Source: Octopus sinensis
Lineage: Eukaryota
Direction: 5' to 3'
Length of the DNA stretch: 64,000 bases
Assembly (NCBI RefSeq): GCF_006345805.1
Contig: NC_043019.1
Coordinates: 27,279,360 to 27,343,359, forward strand
Every line of letters starts with the position of its first letter. The first letter of the stretch is position 1. The position numbers were made by a program, and so were the translations under genes. Below the pieces are notes generated by a model. That model did not search any database. It was not told the DNA's origin and saw only the letters and a list, made by a program, of their open reading frames with translations. Of this stretch, positions 13,397 through 25,498 are shown piece after piece.

Positions 13397-14259
13397 GTAT
13401 GTATGTATTTTAAATACATACAAAAATAGTGCTCAGAGTTTCTCTTGTACTATGATTTCATGCTAGCATCCAGAAATTTCAACACGGCGATCCTCAGAGA
13501 ACCTTTGCAGTACTTGGAGAAGTACTTCACAAACACACACACACACACACATTTTTATATCTAATTATATATAAGCATACATTTTTTTATATATAATAAG
13601 TGTATATATATATATATATCTATATATATATATATTATAAATTATAACATATATATATTTTATATATATATAAATTATAACATATATATTATATATATAA
13701 TATAAATTATAACATATATATATTTTTATATATATATATAATATATAATAATATAGATATATGTATTATATATTCAACAGCACAAGTTTTGTATGTTTTT
13801 GTAATTTTCAAAATATTTTTTTTAAAAAAAGATTATATATGTTATATCTTTCCATTTTTGTTTTTCAAATGAAATCATTTTCAACTGGTTCCGACACAAA
13901 TCCAGTTTGATTAATTAATACCAATATGTAAATATTTTTATAAATGTCGTTATTAAAAAAAAAATTTGTTTTATTTCTCTTTATTTTCTTTTTTTTAACT
14001 GTTCAACTTCTTCAGCCATCAACTTCTCGTTCTCTTTTCCAGCAGCATCTTTTACTACCTCCCCAAATATCAGAAGTTCTCTCCACCCCCCCACACACAC
14101 ACACACATCTTGATGACAATGCCAGCAGCATTGCCATTACTACTGCAGAAGGAAACCAACCACCAGTATTTGGGGAATTCTCTAAGAAAAATAATTTGAA
14201 CTTCCAGAACTGATTAAACTGCTATCACTATTCATAATATCTCTTAAACAATTATCTAC

Positions 14260-14605
14260 ATCTTTCAAAGCATAAACTGATATCATTGAAGCTTTTACTC
14301 ACCTAAGAATGTTTCCTTGATCAGAATTAAAAGTTGGAGCAATTATTATGCTTCTTAGAAACGTCTCTATAACTCAAGGTCTGTGCAATTGAATTCGCTT
14401 GGAAGTACTTCAGCTCCATGAGCATAGCATCGAAGCATCAGATGAGAATACTGATTCCAAGAATAAAACTTACTCCAAGAGATGCAAACATTCCATTCCT
14501 TCTGCATCAGACCCAGTTTCCAGGTTCGTCTGTCCTATTCTATGACAATCAATAAAGCACAGGGGCAAACATTCAATAGAGTTGGCATACACTTGTCACA
14601 GCTAT
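14260..14605 (+). mobile_element. Helitron Rep-helicase (PIF1-type) C-terminal relic
   Basis: Translates LKVGAIIMLLRNVSITQGLCN*..., ILIPRIKLTP.., VRLSYSMTINKAQGQTFNRVGIHL (helicase motifs), with a stop and frameshifts. Confidence 0.85.
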
Positions 14606-14839
14606 TTTTCTTTACTACCCACAAGGGGCTAAACACAGAGAGGACAACAAGGACAGACAAACGGATTAAGTCGATTACATCGACCCCAGTGCGTAACTGG
14701 TACTTAATTTATCGACCCCGAAAGGATGAAAGGCATAGTCGACCTCGGCGGAATTTGAACTCAGAACGTAACAGCAGACGAAATACTGCTAAGCATTTCG
14801 CCCGGCGTGCTAACGATTCTGCCAGCTCACCGCCTTCTC
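14606..14839 (-). mobile_element. tRNA-derived SINE family A (A1 tail), full-length, with 17-bp TSD; dozens of related copies across the window
   Basis: Minus strand has TGGCAGAATCGTTAG A-box, GAGTTCAAATTCC B-box and core CCTTTCATCCTTTCGGGGTCGATAAATTAAGTACC; TSD ACACTTGTCACAGCTAT at 14589-14605 and 14840-14856. Other copies e.g. 662-893, 20868-21078, 21790-22021, 29560-29792, 32655-32886, 38094-38291, 59125-59355. Confidence 0.9.
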
Positions 14840-16220
14840 ACACTTGTCACAGCTATGCTTCATCCAATGAATAGTTCCCTCTGCAACGCCAACCACTTCA
14901 AGGGAGTAATGGGTGTTTTTTTACATGCCACTAGCATATATGAACCTTCTTGAACAGATCCAAAAGATGCCCCCTAACTGCTTAGCATGAAGTCATCCAT
15001 CAACACACCGCAACTTCTGGCCCACAGATGTGTTGTGTCTTCCATTTGTCCTTGCTACCGCAAATACAATAGCCTTCGTTCCCTTTGATACTCTCGTCTC
15101 CTTCCTTCGTCCATTTTGTCTCCAATCCTGCTTTCTATCCAAACTATTCAAATTTCTTTTTCACGCTGAGAGTTGCTGAAGCATGGAACAAACTGCCGGC
15201 ATCGGTTGTTAGTTGTCGGAGCACTGCATCCTTCAAAACTTCCATGCTTTCTGAGATTCGCCAACACTACATCTGAATTTCTACCCTCCATACACACACA
15301 CAAGCATGTATCTGACTCATACATTGTTTGCTTTCCAGACATTTGTACATTACTGCATACACTTTATACGCACTTTCTGACAAGTTGTGGTGCACCTGGG
15401 CACTGTATACAATAATTTCATTTTATTATATTAAACCCTCAATCCACTGCAATCTCCACCTTATCCTTCTGCTGCAGTTATTCCACCTAAATATCAGCCA
15501 TATTGATTTCGTGACTACAAGGGCGTGTGAAACCACTTTCCCTGACTAAATAATAATTAACCCTTTAACCACAAAAGTATTCTAGAAATGATGCTAAATA
15601 TCTACCAAAATAATCAGAGCTGGTTTTTGTGTAAGTTACATTGCTTCAATAGATTTGACATATTTCAACAAAAAATAGTTTCAAACATGATATTCCTCAA
15701 CAAAAGATAAAACTGCTTTCCACAGTTAACGGTAATGAAATTTTGAGTAGATATATTTGATTTCTACAGCAAAAGGTTTCGAATACTGTTTTACGGAGCC
15801 GGAAATTCGTAATATCAAAGGCTAAAGGGAGATAACTCTCATAATCTTTGCCTCGTCGTGCTTGCATGAGGAAGAGAAAAATAGTTCATATTCCACCGAG
15901 ATTGACTTTGCTTTTCATCCTTTCGGGGTCGATAAAATAAGTACCAGTTGAACACTGGAATTAATATAACCAACTACCTCTTTCACCCAAAAAAATTCTG
16001 GCCTTGTGGCTATAGTAGAAAGGATTATAACTCGTCGTAAAAACATAGATTAGTGAGTGAAAGAAAACCAACTGGAAACCGACTACTAACCTATTGAACT
16101 GGTAAACTCGTTCACCCGATGTGGAATAGCGCTGAGGGGCTTTTATGTATTTAATTAAAGACTTTGCAATGAAACTAAACTCGAAATCCTCAAACTCAAT
16201 CAAAACGAAATTAATGTTTC

Positions 16221-16298
16221 GGCATATGGCGAAGTGGTTAAGTGGTTAAGAGCGCGGGCTACTAACCCCAAGATTCCGAGTTCGATACCAGGCAGTGA

Positions 16299-16339
<41 letters not shown>

Positions 16340-16520
16340 GCAACAACATCGAAAATACCTTAGGAATGAGGACCCAGGTTCGAAATTTCCCCCAAGACAC
16401 CTGATGAAGGCTGGAGGGTATATCAGCCGAAACGTTGTGTTAACAACAAACATGATGAGGACAAATATCCGTCAATTGTAAATAATGTACATAATTCCTC
16501 ATCTCTTAAATATAGAACTG
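16221..16520 (+). mobile_element. tRNA-Ser-like-headed short element: A/B boxes, (AAT)n, hammerhead-bearing tail
   Basis: TGGCGAAGTGGTTAAG A-box, GAGTTCGATACC B-box, anticodon-like arm GGG-CTACTAA-CCC; relatives at 46674..47077 (-), 47080..47465 (+), tail fragment near 31316..31392. Confidence 0.75.
16396..16441 (+). ncRNA. Minimal dimer-type hammerhead ribozyme motif within a tRNA-headed element
   Basis: Stem I GACAC/GTGTT; CTGATGA 16401-16407 plus an extra A; stem II GGCTG/CAGCC; GAAA 16429-16432; loopless palindromic stem III ACGT; GTT triplet ending 16436. Confidence 0.65.
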
Positions 16521-16649
16521 AAATATGTTAGTTGTCTTTATTTTTTTGTGTATTCACTGTATTGCATTCAAATCTCAAAGTAAAACTCTTTAGAGTAAGG
16601 GATTAAAGTATTCGGTGAGTAGAGCACCAAGTTCTGGAATCTAATATTT

Positions 16650-17275
16650 GGACATTTTCCTTTTGAACGGCACACAATTTCTAGTTAGCTAAACACTTTA
16701 AAACTTCATATGCTAGTAGAATGTGTCAAAATAAAACATTTTTTTTCTCTTGGCTTTCTTGATAAAATTGTAATTCGTTTGTTTAACGTAGTTTAATTTT
16801 TCGAATTTTAACCAATGAATCGCCTCTAATTGAGCTAAAATCATTTGCTGCGTCTAAAAATTGAGACAACATCCTGTCACTAACCCTAAACCTCACCCTA
16901 ACCCTAAACATTTTTTTCTTAATTGTTAAATTAATTTAATTGCTACGCGTGTAAAAAAAACGTTTTTTTTTTTACACGCGTAGCAATTAAATTAATTTAA
17001 CAATTAAGAAAAAAAATTTAGGTTTAGGGTTAGTGACAGGATGCTGTCTCAGTTTTAGACGCAGCAAATGATTTTAGCTCAATGGAGGTAATCGATTGGT
17101 TAAAATTGCCGAAATGCTCGAAATTTCAGACGAAATATCTTACAAACTATAGAATTTTCTCAATAAAACCAAGAGAAAATGGTGTTTTATAAACACATTC
17201 TACCAGTATACGAAGTTTAAAACTTTTTAGTTACCTAGAAATTGTTACAAAGTGCCGTTCAAAAGGAAATTATCC
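16650..17275. mobile_element. Palindromic fold-back/MITE, about 625 bp
   Basis: Termini GGAYAWTTTCCTTTTGAACGGCAC in inverted orientation; symmetry centre A8-CG-T11 at 16961/16962; partial relatives near 23355-23550 and 55000-55110. Confidence 0.8.
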
Positions 17276-20200
17276 GTGACTTAATATCTAAAGTGGTAGA
17301 ATGGGGTGTTGGTTTGTTTATACCCTCGTAAGCAAACCAACACCAGTTCGACAAAAAAAGAGCGATTGAATAAACACCAGACTTCATAAAGAAAATAATA
17401 TGTACTGGAGTTAACTCGTTCGAGTAAAATCCACCGAGGCAGTACCCCAGCATGGCCGCAGTCCAATGATTGAAACAAGTAACATCAGTACTCCGCGGCA
17501 CACTGGTATTTCAGCCTGGCTGTGTTTGTAGACAGTTGAAATACTTAAAAAAAAAAATTAAATGATAGCATGGCCACAGCTCGTGAGCTGAAACTATAAT
17601 CAATCATTGTAGTTGCGGGTTGGCCCCCTTGTAGTTGCAGGTGGGCCCGCTTAGTCTCCTAGCAACCAATACTTTTAGACCCAGTCCGCCATTGCTTTTA
17701 GAAAAAATTTTTAGTTCAGGTGTACTCTCAAATTTTGAAAAGAATATAAGAGTACCGCGAGTGGGAAAAAGGTTGCGGAGTACAGCTCTACGTAACAACT
17801 TCGGCAGAGGTAAAGAATAAGCACACCACCCGTTTTCAGCGTAACCCTAACCCTAAACCTGGCCGCCTGGTGTGCGTATTCTTTATCTTCACCACAACTT
17901 CTACTAAGACGTTGAGCTAGCAGAATCATTGGCACGCCGACCAAAATGCTTACCGGCGAGCTGGCAGAAACGTTAGCACGGCGGGTGAAATGCTTAGCGG
18001 TATTTCGTCTGCCGCTACGTTCTGAGTTCAAATTCCGCCGAGGTCGACTTTGCCTTTCATCCTTTTGGGGGTCGATAAATTAAGTACCAGTTACGCATGT
18101 AATCGACTTAATCCGTTTGTCTGTCCTTGTTTGTCCCCTCTGTGTTTAGCCCCTTGTGGGTAATAAAGAAATAGGTATTTCGTCTGCCGCTACGTTATGA
18201 GTTCAAATTCCGCCGAGGTCGACTTTGCCTTTCATTCTTTCGGGGTCGATTAAATAAGTACCAGCTACGCGCTGGGGGTCGATATAATCGACTTAATCCG
18301 TTCGTCTGTCCTTGTTTGTCTTCTCTGTGTTTAGCCCCTTGTGGCTAGTAAAGAAATAGGTATTTCGTCCGCCTTAGCGTTTTGAGTTCAAATTCCGCCG
18401 AGGTCGATTTTGCCTTTCATCCTTTCGGGGTCGATAAAATAAAGTACCAGTTGAGTACTGAGGTCAATGTACAATCGACTTACCCATCCCCTAAAATTGT
18501 TGGCCCTGTATCAAAAATTGAAACCATTATCGTTATTATAGGCGAAATGACTCTTTCAAAACAACAAAATTCTACTATAAAATATCCGTATATTCCCGCC
18601 AATTATTCTAACCCATCATTAACACCCCCCACCTCTTTTATCAACTACACCGCTCTGCAACCCCCCCCCCCTTATTTCAGGACTACTAACTCCTACTCCC
18701 GATCAGCCTCTTCGTGACCACTACCACCACCATCACGTTAAGTATCCTTCCCGTTATAACCCCCTACTCTTACTGTTCCTACCGTCACCAAGGGTACCCC
18801 GCTTAAAGCTAGTTACCCTTCAAACACCTCTAATAACACATCTTCTCCTACTATTACTCCTATTCTTCTTACTACTATTACTGTTACCCCCGACATCGCA
18901 CCCTCTTCTGAACGAATATCACATCCTCCCCCTCTACATCCCACTCTGTACTATATTACCTTCTATTATAATCACCACTAACATCAACAAACTAAATAAT
19001 AATAATAATAAACAAGTAAATCAATCAAAGCCGAGTCGAAATCGAGGCTGGTTCTGCTCAGTTGTTGATATAGAAGTGCGAAGGTGCATCACATAACGAC
19101 GCATTGGTGGATGGTACAGGTGCAGCTGCAATAACAAGTGTTCCAACAGCAACAACTTTATGTATGTGTAGGTCTGTATGAAGTTTCTACATATTTACTA
19201 AATACATTTGTTTATCTTTTAAATGTCTTTGTGCAACACTTTGTGCAAATGTGTGTCTTTTCATTCACAAGAACGACAACAACAGCCAGAACCAACCCTC
19301 GTGGTCTGTCGATCTAAAATATAGTAGCCAGATCGCCCTCAAATCAAATCTGATTGTTTCAAATAAGACAACGGCATATCTGATGATGTAGGCTTTAAAA
19401 AAGACGCGATGGACACGGATGGACTGACTTTAAAGTTATGCGGCTAAACAACAATATCTGTCACCGGTCTATAATTGTCATCATTCGCATCATGTTTGTT
19501 ATTATTATCATCTTTGTTTTCCAACTTCATTGAAATTTCGTTGTTGCTTTTAGTTGGAAACTTCGTCACACTTCACTGGGAAAGAAAAAACATTGAACCG
19601 GGAAATTCTTGAAACAATCCTTACTTGTTGCTTTTTTTAAAGAATAAAACACAAAAACATATATTCTCTCTCTCTCTCTCTCTCTCTCTGTATATATTTT
19701 GACACACACACACAACTTTAGGCTGCAGTGTGGCCCAATAGTTAAGAAGTTCGCTTCACAACCACGAGATATCGGGTTCGATTCCATTGCCTCGGCTCCA
19801 CTCATACTCTGATTGAAATTGGATGGACAGAAACTATAGAATTCCATCGGGTAGATTAATACCTCTAATTCAATAGGAGAATTGCAATTAGAGTACATGT
19901 GCCTGTGGAATACTCAGCCACTTATAAATTAATTCAGGAGCAGGTAATTTGTCGGCGAACGGCGGAGATCCGCACACACGCGCCAACACATATATATCCT
20001 GCTGGTTAAGGAATTTAAGATGAATCTATTTTCATTCCACTCTGTGAACTTTTGTTATTCTCCCACAAAGATCTTTACTTACTACACCGCTCTAGTTGTA
20101 CGATTTAACTCAAAACTTTTTGGCGAAAAACAATATATTTTTTAATATATATATATATTGTATATATATTTATTTACTGATTGCTATATAGATTGGTTAC

Positions 20201-21201
20201 CATACTCTTTACTCTTTTACTTGTCGAGCAAATCGACCCCAGGACTTATTCTTTGTAAGCCTAGTACTTATTCTATCGGTCTCTTTTGCCGAACCGCTAA
20301 GTTACGGGGACGTAACACACAAGCATCGGTTGTCAAGCGATGTTGGAGGGACAAACATATATACACACATACTTATATATATACGACGGGTTTCTTTCAG
20401 TTTCCGTCTCACAAGGCTTTGGTTGGCCCGAGGCTATAGTAGAAGACACTTGCCCAAGGTGCCACGCAATGGGACTGAACTCAGAACCATGTGGTTGGTA
20501 AGCAAGCTACTTACCACACAATCACTCCTGCGCCTACTGGTTATTATGTAAAAAAGACTTTACTTCTCGTCCTGTCCGGGTCGCTAATCTAAAGTACCTA
20601 TTAAGCACTGGGATCAGTAATCGACTTCCTCTCCGAAAATTGTTGGCCTTCTGCCATAATTTGAAAGATTTATGCAAAGAAGACAACGATTAAAACGATA
20701 AACATTGGAGAAAAATAGAAAGATTTGCGTGTCTAATGTTTAAAAGACCACCTTATTGATAAGACAATTAAAGGTAGTTAAAATATGATGGAGTACATAG
20801 AAATAACAACTGTCAGATTCTGTGAGAATGAGTTTATAGAGAAACAAACACACGACAGGCAATAACTATTTCTTTACTACCCACAAGGGGCTAAACACAG
20901 AGGGGACAAACAAGGACAGACAAACGGATTAAGTCGATTACATCGACCCCAGTGCGTAACTGGTACTTAATTTATCGACCCCGAAAGGATGAAAGGCAAA
21001 GTCGACCTCGGCGGAATTTGAACTCAGAACGTAACGGCAGACGAAATACGGCTACGCATTTCGCCCGGCGTGCTAACGTAGTCTTGATTATACTGAGAAG
21101 ACTTACCATGATGGCTCGGGTTGAATTCGAACTCACGACTGCGAGATACAGGTGTCCGAAATGTTATCTTCATAGCTACTTTTAATATTGATTTCAGCTT
21201 A

Positions 21202-21625
21202 TGGCACAAGGCCAACAATATTTTAAAGATGGGACTAAGTCGATTACATCGACTCCAGTATTCGTCTGGTACTTATTATATCGACTCCGAAAGGATGAAA
21301 GGAAAAGTCGACTTCGGCGGAATTTGAACTCAGAACATAAAGACGGACGAAATGCCGCTAAGCATTTTGTCCGGCGTGCTTACAATTCTGCTAAGTCGCT
21401 GCCATAACATCAAAAGTAGTTATGGCAGCGACTTAGCAGAATTGTAAGCACGCCGGACAAAATGCTTAGCGGCATTTCGTCCGTCTTTATGTTCTGAGTT
21501 CAAATTCCGCCGAAGTCGACTTTTCCTTTCATCCTTTCGGAGTCGATATAATAAGTACCAGACGAATACTGGAGTCGATGTAATCGACTTAGTCCCATCT
21601 TTAAAATATTGTTGGCCTTGTGCCA
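21202..21625. repeat. Perfect 207-bp inverted duplication of a SINE with a 10-bp spacer
   Basis: Arms 21202-21408 and 21419-21625 are exact reverse complements when compared base by base. Confidence 0.95.
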
Positions 21626-23564
21626 ACTACTTTTGATGTTGGTTTCTAACGTCTCACATTTCGGGGTAGGATAATAATCAATGCCGGTACTTCACTGGTA
21701 CTTATTTGTCGACCAACGCATAACGATGAAAGACGAAGTTAACACCGATGGGATTTGAACTCGGAACGTAAAGAGCCGTAACTGAAATACTTATTTCTTC
21801 ACTACCCACAAGGGGCTAAACATAGAGTGGACAAACAAGGACAGACACACGGGATTAAGTCGATTATATCGACCTCAGTGCGTAACTGGTACTTATTTAA
21901 TCGACCCCGAAAGGATGAAAGGCAAAGTCGACCTCGGCAGAATTTGAACTCAGAACGCAGCGACAGGCGAAATACTGCTAAGCATTTTGTCCAGCGTGCT
22001 AACGATTCTGCCAGCTCACCGCACCGATTCAGCCACTTCACTGCCCTTTTCTGTTTTAATTTGGGAAGTCTAAGACTAACTTTGTGTTAGGAATAATTTG
22101 TCAGTTCTCGAGTGGTAACAATGTTTAAATATAAAGAGATAGGGGTCTCACGGTTTATAGGAAGGTGGTGGTGGTGGTGGTGTTCCAGGTCAGCTCCATA
22201 CTCAAAAACCTTCCAGTCGCGACTTCCCTGTTCTTTTATAATAGGGGTTTTGTATCGAGTGTTTCCTTTTTTATAAGACTGTTAAGATTTGATTTAAAGG
22301 AATTCGACTGCTATTTCGGTAAATTTTCAGATTAACACCCGCACGATTTTCACTAAGAAAAAAAATCGGATTTTTTTTGCGTGGAATCAAGTACCCTAAC
22401 CTCCTAATATGCTGCAAATCCTTTATTTTGGTTCGGAAAAAAAGGTGGGGGCGATGGGGGATATACTTAATAACGAACCGTGTAATTCACACTCTGGAAA
22501 ATTTATTTCTGTAAAATGTTTTTGGTTTTTTTTCGTAAACACACAAGATATAGTCTATAAATTTAGGATGTTTTTGAAAGATACTTTATTTTATCATCAG
22601 AATATATATACTTTCTCACACAACAATTAAGATATGTTTATTTTAAATCGTTTATATTTTATTTTGGTAAATTTGAAAATTTAACGCTATTTCTTTCTAT
22701 TAAGCGGAGAAACTTTTTAGTAACAGGGCCGAATTACAATACGTTAGGATCTTGCTGGGACGTATCTTTACTAATAAAAATAATGACTCTACTTTCGCGA
22801 ATTCATAATTATGTGACTTATAATCAATAATTGTTTTGGCTTTAATCAAAGCTCAACCTGTTGCTTTCATGAGGGTGGGTTAACGAATTCGTCAGTGCAG
22901 TGGCATAGTTAGAGTGTGTGCCACCCGTGACCGCCCTTCAGTTTGCCGCCCCTGGGCTCTACAAACAACACATTGCCTACAGCAGACCCAAAAGTGCTGC
23001 CCGAGGCGGACCGCGGCAAGACTTTCGTTTCCCCCTCCCCCACATCCTTCTTTAAAACTTTTTTTCGACACAAACCCCCCATTTCGGCTATGGGGAATAC
23101 GAATCTGCAAAAAAAAATTGGCAAAAATCGACATTTCTAAATTACTAACCCACCCCCATTTATTTCCTTCATTTTTAACTTTTTACAGATTTTTTTTTTT
23201 TTCAAAATATGCGGAAAAATACGGAGATTATGATTCAGGAAAAAATTTTCAAAAATCTTTGTAAAATTTTTTTCCAGAATTTTTTCTTTTCTAAATATGT
23301 GGAAAAATACAGACATATGTGCATATTAAATGCTTTCAAAATATTTAGTTTGGATCTTTTCCTTTTGAACGGCAGATGTCAACACAATTTCTAGTTAACT
23401 AAACACTTTTAAACTTCGTATACTGGTAGAATGTGTTTATAAAACATCATTTTTTTCTTGGCTTTATTGAGAAAATTCTATAGTTTGTAAGATATTTCGT
23501 CTGAAAGTCCGAACATTTCGGCAATTTTAACCAAGCGATTACCTCCATTCAAGATCCTTTAGTT

Positions 23565-23930
23565 TGACTGAAGGCGGAGGTATTGTTTTCAGTCGTGTTT
23601 GTTAGTTTGTCTGTGAACAAGATATCTCAAGAACTATTGGGTGGATTTGGATGAGACTTTCAGGGATGTTTGACCTCATGACTGGTATGAACTGATTAGG
23701 TTTTGGGATCAACTCTGTACCGGACAAGGATTCTGGATTATTTTTCCGCTTTTTGGGGTTTTTTTTACTTAATTTTTGAAAGTGGTTGGGTTCCTTTTTA
23801 ATATTCTCATTTGTAAGAGCAACCGAGTTTATTTCAGATATTCTCATTTTAAAAATCATCTCTGGCTAATCGTTAAGAGGACGTTGGTGTTGCCTTGGTG
23901 GAGGTTTGCACTCTCCGTGTGCTCGTGTTG
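23565..23930 (+). mobile_element. Helentron-associated (HINE/DINE-like) non-autonomous element, tentative
   Basis: GAAGGCGGAGGTATTGTTTTC followed by GTTTGTTAGTTTGTCTGT micro-repeat, and a 3' GGAGGTTTGCACTCTCC hairpin-like end; matches this architecture as recalled. Confidence 0.45.
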
Positions 23931-24073
23931 TTATTATTATCATTATTATTTTTATAATTATAATTGTGTTGTGTTTGTGCGCGCACACAGTTTCTGTGTA
24001 AAAGAATGGCAAGTAATTAGAATATCATTTATTCATTCAGGTGTCTTCCAAATTCAAGATATAAAAGAAAAAG

Positions 24074-24497
24074 ATGACAGGTGACATCTTTGCCTATACC
24101 AGTCACTTGTTATGTCTGGTATTGCTGGCGTGTTTGTTGTGTTGGCCTCCTTGTGTGTGGACCACTCGAATGGATGATACTGGCTTCTACACCGACAATG
24201 GCCTGGAACAGTCTGTGATGGTCAGCCGGATCCCACATCGTGTGAAGAAGGAATTTCAACAAGAAATACTCACCTTGATGGGATTACACCACAAACCGAA
24301 ACCGCGGGCTCCCGGTAAGGAGACTTCTGCTCCCCGCTTCATGATCGATCTGTACAATAGGCTGCATGGTTCAGGTGCCAGTGGATCCATTGAAGACGAC
24401 GATGAGGATGAACACCCCCACTTCTTCAGCAGAACTTTAGAAAATGAAATGCCTAAACTCAACAGTTCTGATGTTATCATGAGTTTTGTCAACCATG
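24074..24497 (+). CDS. BMP5-8: BMP5-8 (gbb/60A class) exon 1: signal peptide and prodomain start
   Basis: ATG 24074; hydrophobic leader LLCLVLLACLLCW; prodomain motifs EFQQEILTLMGL, SAPRFMIDLYN, SDVIMSFVNH; donor G|gtgagt at 24497/24498 (424 nt, phase 1). Confidence 0.95.
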
Positions 24498-24900
24498 GTG
24501 AGTATTTACTCATTATTATTATCATTATTATTATTATCATTATTATTATTATTATTATTAGTGAAAGTGCGTGGCTCAGTGGTTAGAGCGTCGAGCTTAC
24601 GATTGTGAGATTGCTAGTTCGAATCCCAGACCGGGCTGCATGTTGTGTTCTTGAGCAAGACACTTTATTTCATGTTGCTCCAGTTCACTCAGCTGTAGAA
24701 ATGAGTTGCGATGTCACAGGTGCCAAGCTGTATCGACTCCTTTGCCTTTCCCTTTGATAACACTGGTGGCATAGAGAGGAGAGGCTGGTATGCATGGGCT
24801 ACTGCTGGTCTTCCATAAACAACCTTGCATGGACTTGTGCCTGGGAGGTTAACTTTCTAGGTGCAATCCCATGGTCAGTCATGACCAAGGAGGATCTCAG

Positions 24901-24975
<75 letters not shown>

Positions 24976-25188
24976 AGATGCTTAATGGTATTTTTCCCGT
25001 TGCTACACTCTGAGTTCATATTCCGCCAAGGTCGATTTGACCTTTCGTCTTTTTGGGGGTCAATAAAACAAGTACCAGTTGAACACTTGGGGTCGATGGC
25101 ACCTTGGGCAAGTATCTTCTACTATAGCCTTGGGCCGACCAAAGCCTTGTGAATGGATTTGGCAGACGGAAACTGAAAGAATCCTGTC

Positions 25189-25236
<48 letters not shown>

Positions 25237-25462
25237 ATGTGTGTGTGTGTATATGTTTGTGTGTCTGTGTTTGTCCCCCCCAACATCGCTTGACAATTGA
25301 TGGTGTGTTTATGTCCCCGTCACTTAGCAGTTCAGCAAAAGAGACCGATAGAATAAGTACTAGGCTTACAAAGAATAAGTCCTGGGGTCGATTTGCTCAA
25401 CTAAAGGCGGTGCTCCAGCATGGCCACAGTCACATGACTGAAACAAGTAAAAGAGTAAAGAG

Positions 25463-25498
<36 letters not shown>

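Noticed and set aside
20952-21407. Recurrent short ORFs such as NWYLIYRPRKDERQSRPRRNLNSE and GYSRRHLPKVPRSGTEP throughout the window
   Set aside because: Translations of SINE A and B; frames break differently in each copy
22892-23100. GC-rich patch as a BMP CpG-island promoter or as coding ORFs
   Set aside because: Begins with CAGTGGCATAGTTAG, resembling a DNA-transposon terminus; the overlapping ORFs have no recognisable motifs; not decidable without data
24498-24586. C-terminal poly-Ile extension of ORF 24074..24586
   Set aside because: Read-through into intron 1 (ATT)n; the exon ends at the GTGAGT donor
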